Source of the DNA: an uncultured bacterium
Lineage (GTDB): Bacteria > Verrucomicrobiota > Verrucomicrobiia > Limisphaerales > UBA8199
Assembly: GCA_963749495.1 (NCBI GenBank)
Contig: CAVVMW010000023.1
Coordinates: 96,001 to 160,000, forward strand
Reading direction: 5' to 3'
Length of the DNA: 64,000 nt
Below, piece by piece: positions 29,700-39,723 of the stretch. Below the pieces are notes generated by a model. The model saw only the letters and a list, made by a program, of their open reading frames with translations, ran no database searches and was not told the DNA's origin. The position numbers and the translations under genes are program-made. Numbering within the stretch: position 1 is the stretch's first letter; the number at the start of each line of letters is the position of its first letter.

Positions 29700-30926
29700 A
29701 TGATGGAACCGACGATTCTGACGGTGGACGACGACCGGGTAACCCGCTTCATCGTCAGCGCAACCTTCCGGTCCTTTGCCTGCAGGGTGCTTGACGCCGC
29801 CGACGGGGTGGAAGGTCTGGCCATGGCCGAGCGGGAGCACCCGGACCTGATTATTCTGGACCACAATATGCCGGTCATGGACGGGGTCGAAACGCTGAGC
29901 CGGCTCAAGGCGGACCTGGCGCTGCGGAAGATTCCGGTGCTGATGCTCACCGCCCACTCGCATCGACAGACCGTCATGCGATTATTGGAACTCGGGGTCA
30001 AAGATTACGTAGTCAAACCCTTTACGCCGGAGCGAATCCTGGAGCGGGTCAGGCGCATCATCGAGCTCAAGCCGCGTGGGGAACCGACCGTCGGGTCCAA
30101 GCGGGCTCTGTGGACTGAGGCGCTGGCGCGCGCGCCGGGCGAGCCGCAGGCCCAATGGACCGCCGGGGCCAAGCGCTCGGACCAGCCGTTGCGAATCCTG
30201 GTCGTCGATGATAAGCCGGCCATCGTCGGGCTCATCCAGAACGGACTCGCGGGAACGGCCTGGCAGGTGCAGGCAGTCAGCCACCCCATCGAGGCGCTGG
30301 AGGCCTGCAAGCAGACCCTGCCGGATCTCATGCTGATCAGCCTGTCATTGCCCGAAGGGGCCGGGTTCACGCTGTTTCGCATGTTGCGCGCCAGCGCAGA
30401 GACCAAGCTGCTCCCGATTCTGGCGCTGAGCGTCAAGACTGCCACGGAGGAGCAGACCCAGGCGCAGCAACTGGGTTTTACGGGCATTGTGACCAAGCCC
30501 ATCGAGGTGGCTGCTCTCCGGCACGAGATCGTCCGGGTGCTGGGGCTGGACACTTCACACCAGTACTTCCAGGAGCGCGACAACGCGCTGCTGTTGAGTT
30601 TGCCAGCGGCTTTGAATCAGGATGTTGCCGCAGAGGTCGCCACCCACCTGCGCCAAAAGGTCCGCGATGCGGTGGATGCCGGGCTGGGCTGGCTCGTGAT
30701 CGACCTGAGCCAACTCAAGGAGGCCGACTCCACTCTAATCAAGATGGGTCTGGAGGCCATCCTGGTCTGTTCGGAATCCGGCCTGGACTATGCCTTTGTC
30801 GCCTCCGAGGCCCTCGCGCGGGAATGCACCCAGCACGCGGTGGCAAAGAACTGGAAGATTGCCAAGTCGTTCGAGGCCGCAACGGAGGCGGCGTCGCGCG
30901 TGAAAAGGCTAAAGGCTAAAGGCTGA
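29700..30926 (+). CDS. Response regulator: receiver, pseudo-receiver and STAS-like C-terminus
   Basis: VDDD...DHNMP...KP first receiver; second receiver has LISLSLP (phospho-acceptor Asp replaced by Ser); LVIDLS.L...DS tail. Confidence 0.85.
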   Translation: MMEPTILTVDDDRVTRFIVSATFRSFACRVLDAADGVEGLAMAEREHPDLIILDHNMPVMDGVETLSRLKADLALRKIPVLMLTAHSHRQTVMRLLELGVKDYVVKPFTPERILERVRRIIELKPRGEPTVGSKRALWTEALARAPGEPQAQWTAGAKRSDQPLRILVVDDKPAIVGLIQNGLAGTAWQVQAVSHPIEALEACKQTLPDLMLISLSLPEGAGFTLFRMLRASAETKLLPILALSVKTATEEQTQAQQLGFTGIVTKPIEVAALRHEIVRVLGLDTSHQYFQERDNALLLSLPAALNQDVAAEVATHLRQKVRDAVDAGLGWLVIDLSQLKEADSTLIKMGLEAILVCSESGLDYAFVASEALARECTQHAVAKNWKIAKSFEAATEAASRVKRLKAKG

Positions 30927-30988
30927 AGCGCTGAAGGCCTAAGCCTGAACCAACAAACCAAGAGGTTCCGGCCTCGTCTCCCGTCTCT

Positions 30989-31297
30989 TCACAGCGGCAT
31001 CCCCGCCTCGACCAGCGTTGCAAGCTGGCGGGTGAACACGGACAAGGTCCTGGCCCGGACGCGCGCGCCCAGGCCGCGCACCCGGATGCTGAGCAGGTCG
31101 CGGCCCCCCAGGCCGGCCTTAGGCCCGGGCTCTCTGCGGCAGAGCCGGGGCTTGGGCGCCCGCTTCTCCAGCAACTTGGTCGGAAACAGCCCCATCTCTT
31201 TGATCCGCCGAAGGGCCTCGCCCTGATCCGTCACGTCCAGCGTGCCCCGCGTCTCCAGCCCGTGCGGGTCAATGGCCACATAAGAGTAGTTTGACAT
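30989..31297 (-). pseudogene. Truncated PilC/GspF (T2SS-F family) gene, N-terminal 102 aa only
   Basis: Y.YVAID..G.E.RG.L...A...I.EMGLFP...LSVFTRQLATLVEAGMPL then stop; no continuation in other frames. Confidence 0.8.
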
Positions 31298-31415
31298 GCC
31301 GTGCTGCTCATTCCGTGAATTAAACAAAGCCCAGCCGGAGGTGTCACGGTGCCTAAGGTTGTCCCTGATGTCCCTTTGGGCGGCTGGCAAAACTGACCTG
31401 TAAGCTCCGATCTCA

Positions 31416-31527
31416 GACCTTTGTCGCAGCCTTTGTCGCAGCCTTTGTCGCGACCTTTGTCGAGGCCTTTGACGAGATCTGGCCCCTTCGACAAAGGTTG
31501 CGACAAAGGCTGCGACAAAGGTCCGGA
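31416..31527. repeat. Inverted 12-mer array element
   Basis: Four cctttgtcg units, spacer, three cgacaaagg units. Confidence 0.88.
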
Positions 31528-31655
31528 CCCGCCGCTTTGACTTGCCTGTGGCCCTTGAATTGCCTAAAGCTTGCCTGCTGCACGCGCCGCCGCGGGTATT
31601 GGCCCGACGGGGCGGGCGCGGCCACAACTGAATCGAGCAATCCAAACGTTCTTTT

Positions 31656-33893
31656 ATGCCTGCCGCCGCTGCACCCCGAGTCACGCCCACGCTCCAGACC
31701 CTGCCTGGGGACGATATCCGCCAGCTCATGTGGCGCTATGCGGACCGCTACGACCTGGCCATGCTCGTGCAATCGGCGCGGACCGTGGCGCGCGGGCCGG
31801 TGGCCCGGCTGGTGGCCGCCGGCGGCCGCAACTCTCACGAATGGACCGCCCAGAAGGCCGGCCTGCTGGCTGCGTTCGACGAGAGCGGCATCACCTCGGC
31901 CTTCTTGGACCCGGAACAGGGCGGGTTCATCGAGGGCCCCAAGAACCTGGCGTTGGCTCTGATCGCCTTCGAGCTTTCGTGGGTGGACGCCGGGGCGGCC
32001 ACTTGCAGCCTGGCCGGCAACCTCGGTTTGGCCCCCATCCACCAGCGCGGCACCCCCGAGCAGCGCGCCCGTTACATGAGCCTGGCGGCGCCCTTGAAGC
32101 CCGGCGAGGACCGCAGACAGGTCCGCGCCGCCTTCGCCCTGACCGAGCCGCTTCCCTTTGTGGGCGTCGAAACCGGGTTGCTCAGCGGCAAAGTCCGCAT
32201 CGCCCGATGGGCTGAGGGGCAGGAACCCCTCCTCCAGGTCGAGAAGCGCGGCCGCTTTATCACCAACATGGCCTTTGCCAACGTGGTCACCGCAGCCGTC
32301 AACTCCGACGACCCGCGCATCAAGGGCTCCTGCATGGTCATCCTCGAGGAAACCGACCCCGGCACCTTCGATCGCGGCGTGCCCACGCGAAAGCTCGTAC
32401 ACCAGCTCAGCTCCACTCGCGACCCCGTCCTCAGCCTCCAGGTCCCTGCCAGCCGCATTATCGGCGGTTACACTCTCAAGGAAGGGGTCCTGGTCCCCAA
32501 CTATTCTCACTCCGAGATCATCGAGGCAGTCTTCCGCCGCACCCGCGTCACCGTGGGCCTGATGACCGCCGCCAAGCTCCTCTCGGCCGTCGCCCCGCTC
32601 CTCATGTACCAGCGGCGCCGCTTCCGGGGCGGCGAAGGCGCCCCGGGCACCCCGCGTTACGAATTGGGTCTCCAGCAAAAGCAAGACGCCCTGCACCGCG
32701 TTATTGATGTATGGGCCACCGGCGAGGCCGGCGCCGCCCTGGGCTTTGCCGCAGCCCGGCTCTTCGATGAGCTGGAGCCGTTGGAGAAACAGAGGGACCA
32801 GTTCCTGGCCGCGCACAATCTCACGGGCCGGGCGGCCTTCAAGGCGCTGGCCAAGGCCCAACAGGACGCGATAGAGGCCCTGCGACTGGCCCAACAACCT
32901 CCGGAGCAGCGCGGCGCCTCGCGGCTCGACGCCCTGAGTGCCGACCCGCTGGTCCGCTTTGCGCTGCTGGACGCCCAGGCCAATGTGCTCTGCCCCGCCT
33001 GCAAGCTCTGGAACACCGGCCACGGGGCCAACATGATGCGCGAGGCCGTCAGCCTCATGGGCGGTTACGGGGTCACGGAGGATTGCCCGGGGTTCCTGGG
33101 CCAGAAATGGATGGATGCGCAGTTGGAAGCCACTTACGAGGGGCCGGAGGCGGTGCAGCGCCTGCAACTCTCCCTCACCATGGCCAACGAATTGTTCCTC
33201 GCTCAACTCGAGCAATGGCGCCAGGACCTGCGCCGCCTCTCAGCCCGCCGCCCCGGCACCGGCGCCTGCTCCCTGGCCACCGCCATCCGACTCTGGCAGT
33301 GGACCCTCGGCTTCGTCCAGAGCGCCACCGACGCCCAAGGCGCCCGGCTCTATCACAAGACCCGCCAGGGCGTGACCTTCCCGCTGGCCGACGCCCTGTG
33401 CTGGCTCCTGGCCGCCCGGCAGTTCATCCTGGATGTGGTGGAACTGGAGGACAAGGGCATGGCCAACCCCGCCCTGGCGGAGGGCCTGCCCGGTTACTTG
33501 AGCTTCTTCACCGACCTCTGCCATGTCCAGTGCGCCCGCGCCGCCGGGGAAGTGGGCCGGATCTGTGCCGAACTGGTTTATGGGTTCAACCCTCACCCGG
33601 CCTGGGACGAGGCCAGCCGCCGGGCCTGCTATTGCGCCGAGGAACTCCAATCGCTGGAGGGCATCATCCCCGGCATCGAGAGCGCCGCCCGCGCCTGCGG
33701 CGACGTGGCCGAGGCCGGCCAGGCGCAGCCGGCCAAGGCCGGCCCTTGCGTCCAGTTTGCCGGCCTCGAGGCCTTCGCGCGCCTGCGCATGAGGCTCGAC
33801 GGCTGCCTCACCGGCGCCCGCCTGGCCAAAGACCGGGCGGCGAACTCGCTCACCAAGGTGATGATCCCGGAGGCGCTGGATTACCCGGTGTGA
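31656..33893 (+). CDS. Acyl-CoA dehydrogenase family protein with C-terminal extension
   Basis: GT.EQ...Y, AFALTEP, FITN, MGGYG, YEGPEAVQ. Confidence 0.88.
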   Translation: MPAAAAPRVTPTLQTLPGDDIRQLMWRYADRYDLAMLVQSARTVARGPVARLVAAGGRNSHEWTAQKAGLLAAFDESGITSAFLDPEQGGFIEGPKNLALALIAFELSWVDAGAATCSLAGNLGLAPIHQRGTPEQRARYMSLAAPLKPGEDRRQVRAAFALTEPLPFVGVETGLLSGKVRIARWAEGQEPLLQVEKRGRFITNMAFANVVTAAVNSDDPRIKGSCMVILEETDPGTFDRGVPTRKLVHQLSSTRDPVLSLQVPASRIIGGYTLKEGVLVPNYSHSEIIEAVFRRTRVTVGLMTAAKLLSAVAPLLMYQRRRFRGGEGAPGTPRYELGLQQKQDALHRVIDVWATGEAGAALGFAAARLFDELEPLEKQRDQFLAAHNLTGRAAFKALAKAQQDAIEALRLAQQPPEQRGASRLDALSADPLVRFALLDAQANVLCPACKLWNTGHGANMMREAVSLMGGYGVTEDCPGFLGQKWMDAQLEATYEGPEAVQRLQLSLTMANELFLAQLEQWRQDLRRLSARRPGTGACSLATAIRLWQWTLGFVQSATDAQGARLYHKTRQGVTFPLADALCWLLAARQFILDVVELEDKGMANPALAEGLPGYLSFFTDLCHVQCARAAGEVGRICAELVYGFNPHPAWDEASRRACYCAEELQSLEGIIPGIESAARACGDVAEAGQAQPAKAGPCVQFAGLEAFARLRMRLDGCLTGARLAKDRAANSLTKVMIPEALDYPV

Positions 33894-33963
33894 AGACGCG
33901 GCACGGGCGAGCTCCGGGACTACGCCGGCTGCATGTGGTTTAGCGCACGCAAGGCATTTTACG

Positions 33964-34197
33964 ATGTACTTTGAAATCATCGATGAGATTGGTGAAATTG
34001 AGACAATCGCGGCCGGCCGCGGTATCCGCGACATCGCCCGCCTGAATCGGCGTTACGGCGAAGGCCGCTGGCGAAAACTGAAAGGCGTCGCGAGAGTTCG
34101 CCTACCGAGAGGCGAGATTCTCCGGGCGGAGGTCCATTGGTACGAAGCACACGGGATCGGCAAGAGGGACTTCAAGATCAAGCGATTCCTGGATTGA
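33964..34197 (+). CDS. Small basic hypothetical protein, putative toxin of a two-gene module
   Basis: 77 aa; W.K.KG and [16 protein letters not shown]; more AT-rich codon usage than the flanks. Confidence 0.75.
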   Translation: MYFEIIDEIGEIETIAAGRGIRDIARLNRRYGEGRWRKLKGVARVRLPRGEILRAEVHWYEAHGIGKRDFKIKRFLD

Positions 34198-34202
34198 GCG
34201 TT

Positions 34203-34430
34203 ATGAGAAAGAACAGTACACAACAACGGTATGTGATCTGCGTTAGCAATCGAGGCTGTGAGGACATCGAGGTGCGCAAAATCTACCAAGTCGTTCCGGA
34301 TGCGAAGGCCACGGAGTCGGGTCATTTGAGGGTTATTGACGACTCGGGCGAGGACTATCTTTATCCGCAAGCAAACTTCGTTGAAATTGCCCTGCCCAAG
34401 CAGGCGGAAGAGGCCCTGGCGCTCCGCTAA
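34203..34430 (+). CDS. Small hypothetical protein, putative partner/antitoxin
   Basis: 75 aa; KIYQV...[14 protein letters not shown]; starts 5 bp after the upstream gene. Confidence 0.75.
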   Translation: MRKNSTQQRYVICVSNRGCEDIEVRKIYQVVPDAKATESGHLRVIDDSGEDYLYPQANFVEIALPKQAEEALALR

Positions 34431-34455
34431 CCGGCATGGAATCGCCTGAAGCGAA

Positions 34456-34486
34456 GGGGTCACATCTCAACAATTAATGTGACCCC
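34456..34486. repeat. Hairpin GGGGTCACAT-N11-ATGTGACCCC, related to the 30-bp motif
   Basis: 10-bp perfect inverted repeat; shares ggggtca.atctcaaca with 16003 and 45214. Confidence 0.7.
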
Positions 34487-34554
34487 ACTTTCCTCCCTTT
34501 TGGGCTGGCCAAGGGGCGGGAACGGATTAAAGATGAGGCGAACAAGATGTTTTT

Positions 34555-35487
34555 ATGACACGTTGCCTGAGTGCTATCGCGCCCGATTGGTGGGATTACA
34601 CAACGCTGCCGCAGGAATTGATCGAAGCGGCGGCCCGGATTACGGCTCGAGACCTGGAGAGGCTCTCGCGCCCGGGTTTCAAGGTCGTGCTTTATGACAC
34701 GCTGGAGGAGTTTTATTTGGCGGAGGCGCTGGAGTACGTGGGGGCTTGGCGCCAGAGCACGGAGGACAACCCGGTGGGGATCTGCGGGCCCATCGGGCCG
34801 ACCGAGCAGCTCCCGCTAGTGGCGCGAATCGTCAATGCCCTGGGGCTGGATGCGCGGTCGGGCCATTTCTGGGGCATGGACGAATGGTGCATCGAGGGCA
34901 AAGAGGCGCCGCTGGGGCACCCGCTGAGCTTCGAGCGGTGCGACCGCGAACTCTGCTTCAATCGCATCGACAAGAAACTCCGCCCCGCCGAGGCGCACCT
35001 GCACTTTCCCAAGGCGGACACGGCGCCCTACCGGGCGACTTGGGAGGCAGGGGTGCGGTGCGCGGTCATGCAGGGAGGCCAGGGGGATGTCAAGCATTGG
35101 GCCTTCAACGACCCGCCGGAGCGCAAGGGGCCGCACAAGGACAACCCGCCTGCGCCCGCCGAATACCGGCGCCTGGCCACGCGGGTGGTGCGGCTGCACC
35201 CGCTGACCGTCGCCCAGAACGCCCGGACCAGCGGCGGGGGCAACATCTCCATGGTGCCCACCCACGCCATCAGCGTCGGGCCCCTCGAAACCTGGAAGGC
35301 GGAAACAGTCTCGATCTGGCACGCAGGCAACCACGACAACCCGTTCGGGCAGCGCCTGACGGCTTACATGATCTCCAAGCGGATTGTGGACACGGCCGTG
35401 CCGATGTCGCTCTTGGCCGAACACCCCAACGTACGGTTCAACTACTACCGCGGCGGCGTGGGAAGTTGCGAGGTGGTGATGCACTGA
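34555..35487 (+). CDS. NagB/glucosamine-6-phosphate isomerase-like protein
   Basis: GPIGP, F.GMDEW, HPLSF, GGQG...HWAFNDP, T.AQNAR, VP..A.SVG, P.S.L.EHP. Confidence 0.78.
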   Translation: MTRCLSAIAPDWWDYTTLPQELIEAAARITARDLERLSRPGFKVVLYDTLEEFYLAEALEYVGAWRQSTEDNPVGICGPIGPTEQLPLVARIVNALGLDARSGHFWGMDEWCIEGKEAPLGHPLSFERCDRELCFNRIDKKLRPAEAHLHFPKADTAPYRATWEAGVRCAVMQGGQGDVKHWAFNDPPERKGPHKDNPPAPAEYRRLATRVVRLHPLTVAQNARTSGGGNISMVPTHAISVGPLETWKAETVSIWHAGNHDNPFGQRLTAYMISKRIVDTAVPMSLLAEHPNVRFNYYRGGVGSCEVVMH

Positions 35488-35670
35488 GGAATGACGAATG
35501 ACGAATGACGAATGACGAATGACGAATGGCACGGAAAGAAAGCCCCCCACCTCTGGTTTTCCGTGTGTTCCGTGTATTCCGTGGTTTCCTCCTCTCGCGC
35601 CTTATTTCGCGAATCCCCGTATTTTCAACCAGTAGGCGCAGTCGGCGGTCCAGGGGTGGCGGTGGGCGGG
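35040..35670. repeat. ~630-bp direct repeat, copy 1 (3' half of the NagB-like gene, intergenic region, 3' end of the hydrolase gene)
   Basis: Aligns with 37907-38530 with a few substitutions and one heptamer unit difference. Confidence 0.95.
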
Positions 35671-35760
35671 CTCCGACTGGCTGTTACGGCTTTACGTCAT
35701 GGCCTGATTCTGAGATAAACACGCCATGCCGATTCGGGACAGGATTCTCCTGGGAACAAA

Positions 35761-36951
35761 ATGAAAGCTCTCGACCGGCAAAAACTGGATGTCGTCACCA
35801 AAACGCGGAGCAATATTTTTGGCTGGCGCGGACAGTTCACGCCCGAGTTCGTCGAGTATCTGTTGGACGAGGCGAACGACGGCAACGGATTGGTGGTCGA
35901 CCCGTTCTGCGGCAGCGGCACAGTGCTTCAGGAGTGCGCCACAAGGAATCGCGCGGCTCACGGTTTTGAAATCAATCCCGCCGCTTACGCCATGTCGCGG
36001 TTTTTTACGCTGTCCAAATTGTCACGCGACGAACGCATAGCGTTGGCGAATCGCGTCGAACAGATTTTCCGGGCCAGGACCTCCGATTTCGCAGACTTGC
36101 CGCTGTTCAATCCCGTCGAGGATTATCGTGGTCGTGCTTCCAACCTTTTGGATTTAGGCCGGGAGATTTTTGCGCAGGCCAAAAGCAAGGGGGAGACACT
36201 ACTGGCGGTGCTCACGCTGTTCGAGGCGGAGGGTTGTCGTCTGCCGAGTCTGAATCAAGCCGTTTTTACCGCGCTTGCCCGACTGCAGCGGCATCTGCTT
36301 GCGCTTCCGAATTCCCCGGTGCCAATTGAAGCCTCGCTGTGCGACGCCAGGCTCGTGCATCGTTACGTCTGCGGCGACGCGGAACTCATCGTCACGAGTC
36401 CGCCCTACATCAATGTCTTCAACTATCACCAGAATTATCGGGCCATTCTGGAACTGCTCGGCTTCGATTTGCTCCACGTCGCGGCCAGCGAGATTGGCTC
36501 GAACCGCAAGAATCGCGGCAATCGTTTTCGGACGGTGATTCAGTATGCGCTCGACATGGAGGCGTGCGTGGAGAGCTTTGCCCTGAGCCTGAAGTCGCGC
36601 GGCCAACTCGTGCTGGTCGTGGGGCGCGAATCGAACGTGCGCGGCATTTCGATTCCTAACTCGCGGCTGGTCGCCAAAATCGTGAGGAGCGTCGGCGGTT
36701 TCAATCAGGAGGGCAGTTTTGAACGTCGTTTTACGAACCGTTTTGGCGCGTCCATCTACGAAGATGTGTTGTCGTACCGCCGGGTCAACGGGCAACCTGC
36801 ACCTGGAGCGGCACGCGGTATCGCCCGCACGCTGTTGGAAGAATTGGAACCTACGGCGAGCGGAGAAATACGAGCCGATGTTCGCGACGCCATCGCTTGC
36901 TCGGACGCAATCGAATTGTCGCCGGTGTTCACTCGGAATCCGCAACTCTGA
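35761..36951 (+). CDS. Amino-DNA methyltransferase, probably N4-cytosine, alpha-type motif order
   Basis: VVDPFCGSGT (motif I) N-terminal, TSPPY (motif IV) downstream, LVLVVG. Confidence 0.9.
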   Translation: MKALDRQKLDVVTKTRSNIFGWRGQFTPEFVEYLLDEANDGNGLVVDPFCGSGTVLQECATRNRAAHGFEINPAAYAMSRFFTLSKLSRDERIALANRVEQIFRARTSDFADLPLFNPVEDYRGRASNLLDLGREIFAQAKSKGETLLAVLTLFEAEGCRLPSLNQAVFTALARLQRHLLALPNSPVPIEASLCDARLVHRYVCGDAELIVTSPPYINVFNYHQNYRAILELLGFDLLHVAASEIGSNRKNRGNRFRTVIQYALDMEACVESFALSLKSRGQLVLVVGRESNVRGISIPNSRLVAKIVRSVGGFNQEGSFERRFTNRFGASIYEDVLSYRRVNGQPAPGAARGIARTLLEELEPTASGEIRADVRDAIACSDAIELSPVFTRNPQL

Positions 36952-36952
36952 T

Positions 36953-37846
36953 ATGCCCGACACTCCACATCTCGATAAACTCGAAGCCGCCTGTCGCAAT
37001 ACGAAGTGCGAAGACGGCGACCTGCGGCTGCTCGAAGAAGCCAAGGAACGATACCGCGTGTGGAAAGCGTCGTTGCAGGCGCTCACGGCAACAGGGAAGC
37101 CGCGGGTTATCCAGATGACTCGGTTGCTGAACGAATACAAAGATTTTCTCGAAGTGGACGTGATTGCTCGGCGCGCTTCCGCCTTCATGAAGCGGCAAAA
37201 GGGGCAGTTGAAACTCGACAACTCCGTGCTGGAGGAATTCCTCATTGAACTCGTTCATCCGAAAGTCCTCAGCGGACTTCCCGACTTCCCGCTAAACATC
37301 GGTCCAAACACGGCTTTCATGTCGCTGTCGTTTGCTCCGGCTGGAATCCGGGCGCTTAACGACACTCCAGAGATTGCGCTCAAGGTCAAGGACCAGGACT
37401 TCATTATCGGCAAGGAAATCCACTACCGCTTTTCACCAGACCCGGCGTTTGCGGCGGAAAAGACTGCGACCGGCTCGCTCTCCCTCGCGGTGCTGGCAGC
37501 GGAGTGCAAAGTGAATCTGGATAAGACCATGTTTCAGGAAGCCGCCGGCACTGCCGCCCGCCTCAAACAAGGCTGCCCCTATTCGCAATACTACATCTTG
37601 AATGAGTTTCTCGACATGGAGGCTGAAGATTGCCGGCTCACCGCGATTGACAACGTTTTCCTGCTGCGGCACGCGAAGCGGTTGCCATTCGAGAAGCGGT
37701 CGGTGCTCGAGGAGGTTCGCGCTCAACACGATAGATTCCCGATTGATTCCGGAGTGGTTTGGGCGTTCACGCGGAAAATTCAAGCGTTCATCAACGCCGC
37801 TTGGTACGATCCAGCCGCAGCCTTGCAGAGAGGTTCGTTTGTTTGA
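36953..37846 (+). CDS. Bpu10I-family type II restriction endonuclease
   Basis: [45 protein letters not shown]-(D/E)xK signature; 1 bp after the MTase stop. Confidence 0.88.
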   Translation: MPDTPHLDKLEAACRNTKCEDGDLRLLEEAKERYRVWKASLQALTATGKPRVIQMTRLLNEYKDFLEVDVIARRASAFMKRQKGQLKLDNSVLEEFLIELVHPKVLSGLPDFPLNIGPNTAFMSLSFAPAGIRALNDTPEIALKVKDQDFIIGKEIHYRFSPDPAFAAEKTATGSLSLAVLAAECKVNLDKTMFQEAAGTAARLKQGCPYSQYYILNEFLDMEAEDCRLTAIDNVFLLRHAKRLPFEKRSVLEEVRAQHDRFPIDSGVVWAFTRKIQAFINAAWYDPAAALQRGSFV

Positions 37847-37906
37847 AGACACGTACAGAGAGAAAACAAACATAATTCTTCGCGCTGGCGCCCCCATGAA
37901 AACGCG

Positions 37907-38530
37907 TTGGGGGGCAGGGGTGCGGTGCGCGGTCATGCAGGGAGGCCAGGGGGATGTCAAGCATTGGGCCTTCAACGACCCGCCGGAGCGCAAGGGGCCG
38001 CACAAGGACAACCCGCCTGCGCCCGCCGAATACCGGCGCCTGGCCACGCGGGTGGTGCGGCTGCACCCGCTGACCGTCGCCCAGAACGCCCGGACCAGCG
38101 GCGGGGGCAACATCTCCATGGTGCCCACCCACGCCATCAGCGTCGGGCCCCTCGAAACCTGGAAGGCGGAAACGGTCTCGATCTGGCACGCAGGCAACCA
38201 CGACAACCCGTTCGGGCAGCGCCTGACGGCTTACATGATCTCCAAGCGGATTGTGGACACGGCCGTGCCGATGTCGCTCTTGGCCGAACACCCCAACGTA
38301 CGGTTCAACTACTACCGCGGCGGCGTGGGAAGTTGCGAGGTGGTGATGCACTGAGGAATGCCGAATGACGAATGACGAATGACGGATGGCACGGAAAGAA
38401 AGCCCCCCACCTCTGGTTTTCCGTGTATTCCGTGTATTCCGTGGTTTCCTCCTCTCGCGCCTTATTTCGCGAATCCCCGTACTTTCAACCAGTAGGCGCA
38501 GTCGGCGGTCCAGGGGTGGCGGTGGGCGGG
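37907..38530. repeat. ~630-bp direct repeat, copy 2; contains a 5'-truncated duplicate of the NagB-like gene ending at 38354
   Basis: Peptide [13 protein letters not shown]...CEVVMH identical to the C-terminus of 34555..35487. Confidence 0.95.
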
Positions 38531-39346
38531 GTCCCATTGGGCGGAGCCCAGGCCCAGGCCGTGGCCGCCTTGTTCATAGATGTGCAGGTCGAAGGGGACG
38601 CCGTTCTTGCGGAGGGCCTCGGCGAATTGGAGGCTGTTCTCGACCGGCACGGCCTTGTCCTGGAAGGTGTGCCAGATGAAACAGGGGGGGGTCTTTTTGG
38701 TGACCTGGAGTTCATTGGACAAATCGCGGACGAGGTCCTCCGAGGGATTGGGGCCCAGGAGGTTGTACTGCGTGCCTTTGTGGGTGAATTGGCCCATGGT
38801 GATCACGGCGTAACAGAGGATGCCCAGGTCGGGCCGGGAACTCTGCCGCTCGACCAGGTTGGCGGCGTCGGGTTTGCCCGAGTCGAAATGGGTCAGGAGC
38901 GTCGAGGCGAGGTGGCCGCCGGCGGACGAGCCCATGATGCCGACATGCGCCGGGTCCAGCTTCCATTCGCGGGCGCGGGCGCGGACCATGCGCACGGCGC
39001 GGGCGGCGTCGTGGAGCATCGCGGGGTGATGATAGCCGCCGGGGCCGAGCCGGTATGTGAGGACGAACCCGGCGATGCCCATCTCATTGAGCCACCGGGC
39101 ATAGTGATCGCCCTCGTGGACGGCCAGGCCGCCGTAACCACCGCCGGGGCAAATGACGATGGCCGCGCCGGTGGCGTTGGCCGGCTCGGCCAGGTAAGGC
39201 GTCAAGGTGGGAATGTCCTTGGGCTCCTTGCCCAGGGCATCGGGCGCGCCCTCGGGCCAGAGCGGGACGGCGTTGGAGGATTGGGATTGAGCGGGCGCCA
39301 AGGCCAGGCCTCCCAGCAAAATGAACAGAACCAGAACAGTTTTCAT
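38462..39346 (-). CDS. Secreted alpha/beta hydrolase (carbohydrate esterase-like)
   Basis: Signal peptide, PGGGY, GSSAGGHL, D..V, HGLG. Confidence 0.92.
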   Translation of the reverse strand: MKTVLVLFILLGGLALAPAQSQSSNAVPLWPEGAPDALGKEPKDIPTLTPYLAEPANATGAAIVICPGGGYGGLAVHEGDHYARWLNEMGIAGFVLTYRLGPGGYHHPAMLHDAARAVRMVRARAREWKLDPAHVGIMGSSAGGHLASTLLTHFDSGKPDAANLVERQSSRPDLGILCYAVITMGQFTHKGTQYNLLGPNPSEDLVRDLSNELQVTKKTPPCFIWHTFQDKAVPVENSLQFAEALRKNGVPFDLHIYEQGGHGLGLGSAQWDPAHRHPWTADCAYWLKVRGFAK

Positions 39347-39464
39347 TGGCTCAGGAGCATACGGAAGGGGACACGGCTGGCGATGAAAAACGGGGATGGC
39401 AAGGTGGGATGCGGGGATGAAGGCAGAATCATTGTTGGCAAAATCATGAGGAGCAGAGGCCCCA

Positions 39465-39552
39465 GACCTTTGTCGCAACCTTTGTCGCCGCCTTTGTCGA
39501 GGCATGGCCAACCAGACAAAGGTTGCGACAAAGGTCGCGACAAAGGTCCGGA
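39465..39552. repeat. Inverted 12-mer array element
   Basis: Three cctttgtcg units, aggcatggccaacc spacer, three gacaaagg units. Confidence 0.88.
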
Positions 39553-39723
39553 CTCCCGGCGCTCAAAGAAACCGGTCGCGCACTTGCCGCGTTGCCGCGG
39601 ACTGCGGGCGATTTTGCCTTGACTCAAATCCGCAGGCCTGTTCTCATGCAAGCACAGTCTGAGAATCGTTGGAAAACCGAATCGTCCGTGCCGCTTCAGT
39701 TTTGAGCCTTATTCCTCGCAGCT

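Noticed and set aside
37602..38354. 250-aa ORF as a novel chimeric gene
   Set aside because: Its N-terminus is an out-of-frame read of the REase gene joined to the duplicated 3' half of the NagB-like gene; a by-product of the duplication
35040..38530. Diversity-generating retroelement template/variable repeat pair
   Set aside because: Very few differences, not concentrated at adenines of one copy; repeats are too long and no reverse transcriptase is present
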